From NCBI RefSeq assembly GCF_001194135.2, contig NC_068989.1, positions 86,044,964 through 86,090,159 on the forward strand: 45,196 nt of DNA, in the 5' to 3' direction. The stretch's first letter is position 1. Each line of letters opens with the position of its first letter. The DNA is from Octopus bimaculoides. Taxonomy: Eukaryota. The notes below the pieces were generated by a model that was given only the letters and a program-made list of their open reading frames with translations, ran no database searches and was not told where the DNA came from. This document shows positions 34,946-45,196 of the stretch, one piece after another. The translations under genes and the position numbers were made by a program.

Positions 34946-35370
34946 TTTTTGTTCCAGTTTTACATTTCTTACTACCAGTTTACAGCCATGAGAAAATGGA
35001 AAGGTAATGAATTGAATAATACCAAAAAGAAAAATAGGCATCATGAGTAGGTACAATTGATTTACAATGTAACTGGATTAAGAAAAGTGCCCAAGGTACA
35101 GGCATAGCCGTGTGGTTAAGAAGCACACTTGGCAACCATGTAGTTTCAGGTGCAGTCTCACTGTACATTGTTTGAAAAAAACCTCTTACTTCGAGGCCTC
35201 AAGGTCAAATGATGCAATCACTGCATAATTATTTCTAGTTAGCAGTATAATGATCCATGTATTAAATGTTAACATTAAGTGGTAGTACTTTAGCCCCAGG
35301 CTACTGCTGAGGAACAATATGTCTAGGACTACATTATCTAATGTAGTCATTTTTGAAAATTGTACGGTGT

Positions 35371-35559
35371 CATCTGAGGGAGATTTAACTATCATTTACT
35401 GCAATCTGAGGGAGATTTAACTATCACTGCAATCTGAGGGAGATTTGACTATTATTTCCTGCAATCTGAAGGAGATTTGACTATTATTTCCTGCAATCTG
35501 AGGGAGATTTGACTATTATTTCCTGCAATCTGAGGGAGACTTGATTACTATTTCCTGCA
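35371..35559. repeat. 32-bp tandem repeat, six units
   Basis: ATCTGA(G/A)GGAGA starts at 35372, 35404, 35432, 35464, 35496, 35528; no spacers. Confidence 0.92.
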
Positions 35560-36007
35560 TTTTGAGCAATTATGTAGAGGCTTCCTCAATAGCTCACCTA
35601 ACTATTGTTTAGAATTGTTTAGAAACTAAATGATTCAAACATGCCACTTGCATTGCACTGTTCATCACACATGACGGTGTATGAATTACAAGAATCCTAA
35701 ACAATTCTATTTTCTTCTACACTAATAACTGTACAAGCTTGCAATACTTTGTTAATGATTCATTCACCACTACTTCAACAACAATAAGAACACTTAAAGT
35801 CATGCTACCTGGGCTGTGGAGTTGGGGAATATCAGACATTTCGGCACTGCTGTTTTGGCACTGCCCATTTGGCGTTACTGATTCCGCACCGACTCATTTC
35901 AAATCAGATGTCTCAATGCTTCCCTTATTCTCTCTCTCCCTCTCTCTCTCTCTCCCTCTCTCCGTGTGTGAACATCTAGTATTTATATGTGTAATACCTC
36001 TCTCTCT

Positions 36008-36406
36008 TTTCTCTTTTACTTGTTTCAGTCAGTTGACTGTGGCCATGCTGGAGTGCCACCTTTAGTCGAGCAAATCGACCCCAGGACTTATTCTTTGTAA
36101 GCCTAGTACTTATTCTATTGGTCTCTTTTGCCGAACCGCTAAGTTACGGGGACGTAAACACACCAGCATCGGTTGTCAAGCGATGTTGGGGGGACAAACA
36201 CACAAACACACATACATATACACACACGCACACACACACACATATATACGACAGGCTTCTTTCAGTTTCCATCTACCAAATACACTGATAAGGCTTTGGT
36301 CGGCCCGAGGCTATAGTAGAAGACGCTTGCCCAAGGTGCCACACAGTGGGACTGAACCCGGAACCATGTGGTTGGGAAGCAAGCTTCTTACCACACAGCC
36401 ACGCCT
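36008..36406 (-). mobile_element. Young full-length SINE family B
   Basis: Closely matches the reverse complement of 31042-31574. Confidence 0.9.
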
Positions 36407-37123
36407 ACATAAGTATGATACATAGGTGGCTAAGGAAAAAAATTTTCTATATTTTTTCTAAATTTTAAACTTTGAAACATACTTTTTTACTATTTAAACT
36501 CATACTGTAAGGTGTAATAGTAAACTACAAAATTAGAAAATCATTGATGTACAAGCTGTGGTGGAGGAAGTAGTCAATAATATTAGTAGAGTTGGTTGAG
36601 AGATGGTGGTGGTAGTAGCAGCAGTTTAACAATGGCAAAACGTACCACACCTTGTTTTTAGACAGGGAGGTAGGTTGACCTTTAAGTTGGACCACCATTA
36701 CCTGACCTTGTCTTTTAATCTCCTGATTAAGGCAATAGACTTTATACATGCTGTATCTTTAAGTAGAACCATCATCATTATCATCGTCATCATACACTTG
36801 ACGATAATCAGAGGGACACACACAGACACAAACACTTGCATTCACATGCACACATACAATACATTCATATGCAAACTACACATACACACACACGCACACA
36901 CACACACACACATTAACATGCAAAGTATAAACAGATACAAATACATTACACATGTACACAAATTACATACAAAAAACACACAAACTGTACAGAAAGTATA
37001 TGCAAACACACACACATTATATAAACACAAACATATACACATATATACACTGGACACAACATGCAGACATACACATACCCAGAAAATGAGAAACTATCAT
37101 GTGTATGTGCACACAGACACATA

Positions 37124-37168
<45 letters not shown>

Positions 37169-37329
37169 AAGAGAACAAGCTTAGATTCAACACTTTCTTA
37201 TTTCATATTTGTACCTTCATTGTATTAATTTTCAAAAAAAATCACTTTCACAGCCAATATTTTTCTACTATACTCCAACATAATATAATCCTCAACATAC
37301 ATGTATTGGTTTACTCTATATATATATAT

Positions 37330-37707
37330 ATGCAGAGGCATGGCTGTGTGGTAAGATGCTTGCATCCTAACCACATGGTTCTGGGTTCAGTCCAGCTGCG
37401 TGGCACCTTGGCCAAGTATCTTCTACTATAGCCTCGGGCCAACCAAAGCCTTGTGAGTGAATTTGGTAGACGGAAACTGAAAGAAACCTGTTGTGTGTGC
37501 ATGCACGTGCATGTTCCACCACCACCGCTTGGCAACAGGTGTTGGTGTGTTTATGTCCCTATAACGTAGTGGTTCAGCAAAAGAGCCAACAGAACAAGTA
37601 CCAGGCTTAAAAAAAAAAAAGTACCAGGGTTAATTCATATGATTAAACATTCTTCATGGTGCTACCCCAGCATGGCCATAGTCTAAGACTGAAACAAGTA
37701 GAAAGAT
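37330..37707 (+). mobile_element. SINE family B
   Basis: Head, core and tail as in the copy at 31042, more diverged. Confidence 0.85.
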
Positions 37708-38451
37708 ATATGCATAAAAATTATTATATAATTTATACACATTGGTTTACAAACCAATATACCCATGACCATCCAATACAAGAGGAAACAGCAATAGGAG
37801 GAAACCTTGTTATATACATCTTTATGGATGTTATCAAACCTCTGTGAAGAGATATTGAACTTGGTATCTCTATGTTCAGAGACCTAACCAGTGCAGATGA
37901 CCTTACATGCGTCACCTAGGCAACTGTAAAGGATGTCGTCAACCATTTCCGTCCATTAAGTGTCCACTCATCTCTCACTGAGTCATTGGTGCCATGTGTG
38001 TGTCTGTGTATGTGCATGAGTGTGCGGGCTGGTGAACACGCATGTGTGTATGTGCGTGCATGCTGATGTACCTGTGTATTTGTGTGTACATGTGTATGTG
38101 TGTAGGTACACACTTGTGTACGTATCTGTATTGAGGTGTTATATATGAACATACATGTGTACATGTGTGTATACACATTAATTGGGCGCTTATGTACATG
38201 TGTTTGTGTGTATACATATCTGCACAGGTCTTACATTGATGTGCGACACACACACACACACACACACACAACTAATGTGTGTATGTGTAAATGTTTGACT
38301 ATTTACACATATGTGAATGTGTGTGCATTGGCATGTATGGTATATATGTTTATGTTGCTATCTGTGTTATTAGTGTATGGCTCAGTCGTTCTGAATCCTT
38401 TTTACCTATGGTTCCTATTTTACTTGGGTGAACCCTCATAACCATTCATCC

Positions 38452-38735
38452 TCATTATCATTGTTTAACGTCTGCTTTCCATGCTAGCATGGGTTGGACG
38501 ATTTGACTGAGGACTGGTGAAACCAGATGGCTGCACCAGGCTCCAATCTGATCTGGCAGAGTTTCTACAGCTGGATGCCCTTCCTAACACCAACCACTCT
38601 GAGAGTGTAGTGGGTGCTTTTATGTGCCACCGGCACGAAGGCCAGTCAGGCGGTACTGGCAACGGCCACGCTCAAAATGGTGTATTTTACGTGCCATCTG
38701 CGCAGGAGCCAGTCCAGTGGCACTGGTAATGACCT
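38452..38735 (-). mobile_element. SINE family C
   Basis: Closely similar to the copy at 15901-16140. Confidence 0.87.
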
Positions 38736-39758
38736 CGCTGGAATGTCTTTACAAGTGCCAGGAAGGCAATGTTGGGCACAGGTGCCATCACAATTTTGAA
38801 AAATTTCTATTATACTTTCATAATTAAATGTTATTGGGAATTCTACAAATAACTGTTGAACTATTTTGAGTATAGTAGAGGTATAACCAATCTATTGCAT
38901 GTAACTTTTAACAATAAAATCTTATATGGACCCCTATGGTTCACATGGACCCTGTTGAGAACCACTGGTGTATATGATACATGTGTGGACTGGAGTAACT
39001 GAGAGTAGGGGTTACCAACCACAGGGATCGCACAGAAAAAAGACATTTTAGAATTTTATTTCTATTCTTTTGACTTTCACAGTTTGCAGGGTATTTTTGC
39101 ATTACATAAATGTGTGTGTATGTTATGTAATATGTATTATATAAGTAATAATTATATATAGAGCACTTTATTGTGTTTTATTATGCACATGATCACCCAC
39201 TCCATGGAAAAATAAACTTGCATGAAACTGGTTCATCGTGCAAAAGAAAAGAAAAGAAAAAAGGTTGGAGTGGCACTGACAGAGTATTTAGCAGCCAGAC
39301 TTACAAGAATTGTTTGTTGGAAGTAGAAGATAATTTCTGTTACCTGGCTTGACACAGGTCATATTAAATAAGTCACTGACAGAGTTTTTATCTTCTAACA
39401 GCCATATCTCCCATTTAATTATACCCTACCAATGACGAAGCCACTACAATGTTACAGGCAAATCTTCATTAACCACATCCTACTATCTTACAAAAACAAA
39501 AGATGATTTTATAGTCCCTCAAATACTGTCTGCACACGAGACAGGATAGACATAGCCGAGTGGTAGCAAAACAAAAAGGCAACACACATTGGGTAAAAGA
39601 GTCCTAGATATACTGTGTCTAAATAAAAGATGGCGATATTAATGGTTGGGATGCACTTAATCATAAGCCTGATCAGAGCTGGCCAGGGGCTAGACATAAC
39701 AGCCTGGTTAGTGAGGATTGTGGGATTGGGTAGTAATGGGGATGGGGAAAATGGTATA

Positions 39759-39976
39759 CAAGAGGGTGCTGAAAAGTTCCTGGCTTTGGATAAAAAGAAA
39801 ATACAGGAGGCTCAGTTAATTATGGCTTTATTCAACATATTCCCCTCTCAGCTTCACACATTTATAGCAGCAGTCCTTCAGTTTTTATAAACCCAGTAAA
39901 AGCACTTAAAAGGTTGGGCCTCCAACCAGGCCTTTTGCAATACCCAGAAAACCAAGAACTTTTCAGCACCCCCTTG
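39759..39976. mobile_element. Mariner-type MITE
   Basis: TIRs CAAGAGGGTGCTGAAAAGTTCC / GAACTTTTCAGCACCCCCTTG with TA on the left; partial copy at ~42325-42461. Confidence 0.8.
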
Positions 39977-40062
39977 CGTCTCTTGGTTACAGCTCATTTC
40001 TCAGTACATCAGACAGGCCATGTGTGATGGTACTAATACAGAACTAAACGTAGTATGTGTGT

Positions 40063-40297
40063 TGTTTCTTTAATACTCACAAGGGGCTAAACATAGAGGG
40101 GACAAACAAGGACAGACAAACGGATTAAGTCGATTATATCGACCCCAGTGTGTAACTGGTACTTATTTAATCGACCCCGAAAGGATGATAAGCAAAGTCG
40201 ACCTCAGCGGAATTTGAACTCAGAACATAGCGGCAGACGAAATACCGCTAAGCATTTCGCCCGGCGTGCTAACATTTCTGCTAGCTCACCACCCTAT
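40063..40297 (-). mobile_element. SINE family A with ~15-bp TSD
   Basis: Flanks ACGTAGTATGTGTGT / ACGTAATATGTGTGT (one mismatch). Confidence 0.88.
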
Positions 40298-40302
40298 ACG
40301 TA

Positions 40303-40340
<38 letters not shown>

Positions 40341-41169
40341 CTATGATGCATGGCAATGAAACATGGACAGTGAATGCAGAGGACTACATGTTGCATGTAT
40401 ATGATTTGTGATGGCGTACGGTAGTGATAGAAGGTGCAGTTTATATAAAGGTAGCGGTGGGGTGATGGAGGAAAGCTGGCAAAGTAGCAGCAGGTTCAAT
40501 TCCTGCATGGAACTAACTTCGCAATATTAAGTAATATCACTTGATGAATCATAATACCAGTATTACAGTGGGCCGGGTTTAACCATAATTCTCCTTAGTC
40601 AAAAGCGAAGAACAAGGACAAGACATATTTTATGCATAGTGTGAGAATGTGGGTAAGGCATTACAGCCCAAGTAGCAGGATTTTAGGCAGAAGACAGCTA
40701 CTACTATCACTACAACAAACAACACCGTTACCACTGCTGTAACTACCACCAACACCGTTGCTCTATTCTATTCCTAATTCTGTAATCACATCAGATTAAG
40801 AAGGATTAATCTTTTAATGTCGTCATTCTACTTCTTGTGTGTAGAGAGGGAGCAGTAGCGAGGGGATAAAGTGGTGCAGTGTGCGGTGAAGATAAAGTGG
40901 TGGCGGTGGTGGTGTAGATGGCGGTGTAGTGGGGGGGGGGTCTTAAGTATTATCACTAACACAGCAGTAGGAGAACTACTGACTGATATAGGGTGGAGGT
41001 ATGTGTAGGAGAGAGAGAGTGTGTGTGTGTGCATGTGTGAGTGTGTGTGTGTGTGTGCGTGCACACAGATGTGTGTCAAAGAATATTTGTTCATTCTTAA
41101 TAAAGATCATATAGGTGAATGGAGGAGGAGGAGGAGGAGGTGTATTTGAGCAAAAAGGAAGTGAAGAGG

Positions 41170-41358
41170 TGGTATGTATATGCATGCACACACACATATA
41201 TATATACATACACACACACATATATATATACATACACACACACACAAAATGTTGTGGTGTGTGTATGAATGTGCATATATAATGTACATGTTTGTATGTA
41301 TGTATGTATGTATGTATGTATGTATGTATGTATGTATGTATGTATGTATGTATGTATG

Positions 41359-41412
<54 letters not shown>

Positions 41413-41693
41413 GGTATGTATGTTGTATATGAATGTCTGAGAAGAGAAAATGTGCATGTGTAGCCTTATATGTAGTATCTGTATATATTGTATGTATACC
41501 ATTGTATGTACGCATGTGTCTAAATGTATGTATACATCTGTATATCTGCATGCGCCATTATACATATGTATATAGGTGTCTAGTTACATATATAGTATCT
41601 GCATGTCTCATTGTAAGTATGTATAAATATATGAGGGCATATATATCTACATGTGTATATATGTTTGCACCATTGTGTGTATGTATGTATGTA

Positions 41694-41755
<62 letters not shown>
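41170..41755. repeat. Compound (CA)n/(TATG)n/(TA)n microsatellite block
   Basis: Seen directly; similar blocks at ~12490-12780, ~25090-25700, ~33340-33550, ~36820-37165, ~37990-38340. Confidence 0.95.
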
Positions 41756-41756
<1 letters not shown>

Positions 41757-43578
41757 GCACTACCTATATAATCACACCAGATATAATCAGGAAGTTGTGA
41801 CATTAATGCCTCATTTTATATAACACTATAGCAGTAACAAAGTTTTTTTTTTTATTTCTTTCACCACATTCTACACAAGAACATCTGTTATTTCCCCTCC
41901 AGGGACTTCTGCTAACTGCAGTTACAGCCTTGTAGGATAAATATAACCTGTTAGAATTTAAGATGTGGTGGTGGTTGTGATGGTGAGTGTTGAGTGTTGA
42001 ACAAGAAACTGCAAGTGCAAAGTGTCAATAACAGCCTACCACATCAGACACATAATTCAAGAGTGACTGTTGCACTTTGTAATCTAAGTGACTACTTCAC
42101 TGTCATCTCCAAAGGAGCCTCTAAGTTTTGCTCAGCATGCTGGAAATAGCAACCAAATCTCCCTCAAATCATGTTACTTTTGTCTTTCGGGGGCTGATGA
42201 AATATGTGCCGGAGTCTACATCAATCCACTGCACCCCCTCCTACCCTGACTTCCTGCAAAATTTGAGGTCCCATGAGTAATTTTAGAAATATTAATAATA
42301 AAGCATGGCTATGTAGTTAAGAAGGATCAGTTAATTATTTTATTCAACATATTCCTTTCTCAGATTCACACACTTATTGCAGTGGTCCTTCAGATTTTCT
42401 AAGCCATGTAAAAGAACTCAGAAGGGTGGGCCTCCAACTGAGCCTTTTGTGATACCCCCTTGTATATATAAAATGACAAGCTTCTTTCAGTTTCCCTCTA
42501 ATAAATCCACTTGTAAGACTTTCATTGGGCCAGGGCTATAAAGAAAATACTTGGCCAAGGTGCCATGAAGTGAGACTGAACTCAAGACCAAATGGTTGAG
42601 AAGCAAGCCTCTTAACCACACAGCCATGCCTGCATCTAGTCCTGCCTACACTATGTCTAGTCACATCCAATCATAGGTTTATAAGATCGAGGATGACCTG
42701 GGGCTAAACAACAACAGGGAGGTTCCTTCTGTCCAAGGATTGTGATTTATTCTGTCTGGAGGCCATTTCATGTTGCTCCAGTTCACCCAGCTGTAGAAAT
42801 GAGTTGCAATGTCACTGATGCCAAGCTGTATTGGCCTTTGCCTTTCCCTAGGACAACATCAGTGATGTGGAGAGGTGAGTTTAGTATGTGTGGGTAACTG
42901 CTGGTCTGTCACAAAACAACCTTGCCTGGACTCGTGCACAACACTGGTTACCAAGCAGTGAGAGGGGGCGACAAATACAGACACAAAAACAGATACACAC
43001 ATGCATACATGACAAGGCTTCCGTACAGTTTCCATTTTCCAAATTCACTGAAGGTAATGGTCAGCCTGGAGCTATATACTAACAGATACTTGGCCCAAGG
43101 TCCCACGCAGTGGGACTGAAGCGGAGACCATGTAGTTACAAAGTGAGATTCTTAACCACACAGCCAGTTTCTAAAATTACCCACGAAGCCTCAAATTTTG
43201 CAGGAAGTGAATGTAGGGGTGGTGGTGTAGTGGATTGATGTAGAAACCAGTACATATACTTCATCAACCCCAGAAAGACAAAATGTTGAAATTGACCAAG
43301 GCAAGATTTGAACCCAGGACTTCAGGGTAACTAAATGCTTCAAAGTACTCAGTTTAATACCCCCCACTGTTTCTGATATTAGGGTACCTGATTATCACGT
43401 TTTTATTGCTTTCTTTTTTTTTTATTTTTAATTTTGTGGGCGTGTCTCTAAGTATGCATGTGTATATATGCATGTATTTGCTTACGTGAGTGTATGTTGT
43501 CTGATGCTACAATGGGCTGATTTAATTAATCTTGTATATTGGCAATCTTCCAACAACACATAACGATATAATTATGTA

Positions 43579-43624
<46 letters not shown>

Positions 43625-44454
43625 TGTGTAAAGGTTAGAGATTGTATGTATGTGTATGTATGCAACTGGATGCATCTGTGTAGAAGCTTACATTTCAGAG
43701 TGTGTGCATGTGTTTGTGAGTGAGTGTGTGTGTGAGTGAGTGCATGTATAATTGCAAATGTGTGTGTGTGTGTGTGTGTGTGATGGGTGGAGACCCAAAT
43801 CTGAAGGCCTGTTGTTTATTTTTGCTAACATATTTAAATCTCCAATGGACGGACTTCTCATGAAGATGCAAGTGAACACCACTGCCCAGAATGGAACCTG
43901 AACCAAAGGGGGCAGCCTTTACATGGTAGCCTGATCTGCTAGAAACAGCAGTCAACTTACCCTCAAAGCACACTATACATTCTTAAAAAGAAAAACAACA
44001 AAAAAAAAAAGACAATGGATAATGTAGTCATAGATATGCAATCAGACAGGGTGGTCATAGCTGGAATGTCACTGGCCATAAGTCTGTTTCATTCAGGGTT
44101 GACTTGGACCTTAGACAACAACTTCTGATATTCTTTTTCCATCCTCCTCATCCTTCTCTACCTTATCGTTACTGATGCCAGAGCCAGCAGACCTAAGGAG
44201 AGAACATGTCATCTGGTGTTTACTCGTTTCTGTTTTGCTGTAACAAGGGCAAAAGGGGGAAAATCTGGTGGGAAATTTGGGGAACAGTGAAGTAACAACT
44301 GACCCCGCAATACATGACTTATTTTATAGTCCCCACATAAAGATGAAATACAAAGTCAACTTCAGCTGGATTTGAACTCAAATGTAATTAAGCATTGCAA
44401 AGAATTTAACTCATTCTGCTTGCTATTTCTGCTATCCACTGCAGCAACAACATC

Positions 44455-44493
<39 letters not shown>

Positions 44494-44879
44494 TTGTAAC
44501 AAAGATTCAAGGTCAGAAAATTGAGTGGAGAAGAAGGAAGAGACAATTAACCCAATACTGGAAGAGTACTTTATTTAATCGACCACAGGAAGGATGAAAA
44601 GCCAGGTTGATTTCAGTGGGATTTGAACTCAGAATGTAAAGAGCTCAAACAAAACCACCACAATAATTTCCTCAGAAGGCAAGGAACATAGCCAACACAA
44701 TCTGTTGTAGCACGTTACTGGTACTTTGGGGGAGGTGCTCTGAAGTCATGAACTGAGAGATGAAAGATAGCAACCATTCAACCACTTCCAAGGAGAATTT
44801 GAACCTAGTACCTCGAGATACAGACAGACTCGGCTGAGAAGTGGAATAATACTTCTGAAGGTAAGATTTCATGACCGTG

Positions 44880-44921
<42 letters not shown>

Positions 44922-45024
44922 TGTATACATGTATTTAGCCATGTGCATATAATGTGTGTGTGTGTCCTTGTATGGTAGGTAGATGTGTGCATGTCTAAGC
45001 ATGTACATATTTGACTACACGTGT

Positions 45025-45196
45025 ATCTGGGAGGGAGAGAGAGGGAGGAGAGAGAAAGCGACAGAGAGAGGAGAGAGAAAGCGACAGAGAGAAGGAGGGA
45101 GATAGAAGGAGGAGGGAGATAGAAGGAGGAGAGAGAGAGAAAGGGAGGGAGGGAGGGAGAGAGAGAGAGAAAGAGAGAGAGAGAGAAAGATAGAGT
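45025..45196. repeat. Polypurine (GA/GGA)n tract
   Basis: Nearly pure purine run to the end of the window. Confidence 0.95.

Noticed and set aside
35371-35559. CRISPR-like periodicity (~30-32 bp), also 11690-12110 and 6440-7235
   Set aside because: Head-to-tail units without unique spacers, no cas genes, and a eukaryotic intron context.
37860-38000. Candidate first exon MVDDILYSCLGDA with GTAAGG donor
   Set aside because: Ends in phase 1 while exon A needs phase 0, and shows no similarity to the family N-terminus.
40828-41803. Cluster of His/Tyr/Ile/Cys-Val-rich ORFs (also 12463-12930, 25018-25925, 36675-37431)
   Set aside because: Translations of (CA)n, (TA)n and (TATG)n microsatellites.

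Overview
Eukaryotic, AT-rich, microsatellite- and SINE-dense genomic DNA with six N-gaps. The repeat families and SSR density suggest an octopus/coleoid cephalopod assembly (inference). The window lies almost entirely within one minus-strand gene, the PP6 regulatory ankyrin-repeat subunit (ANKRD28/44/52 family). I traced 12 consecutive coding exons (32569 down to 3123; 1548 nt, 516 codons) with GT-AG boundaries and mutually consistent phases. The first exon and the 3' half of the gene were not found and probably lie outside the window. Introns hold several tRNA-derived SINE families, RTE and CR1 LINE 3' fragments, mariner/maT/Tigger/hAT relics (several nested, with TSDs), minisatellites and SSRs. 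Most ORFs in the supplied track are SSR or gap artefacts. The most interesting unexplained signals are: a hairpin minisatellite that carries copies of the neighbouring 5' splice site; candidate unannotated exons (a Cys-rich in-frame cassette, a polybasic-CaaX-like terminal exon with AATAAA, a 30-nt microexon); candidate restorative A-to-I recoding codons; and inverted repeats that could fold the pre-mRNA. All of these are hypotheses that need RNA data. No prokaryote-type system (CRISPR, operon) is present.
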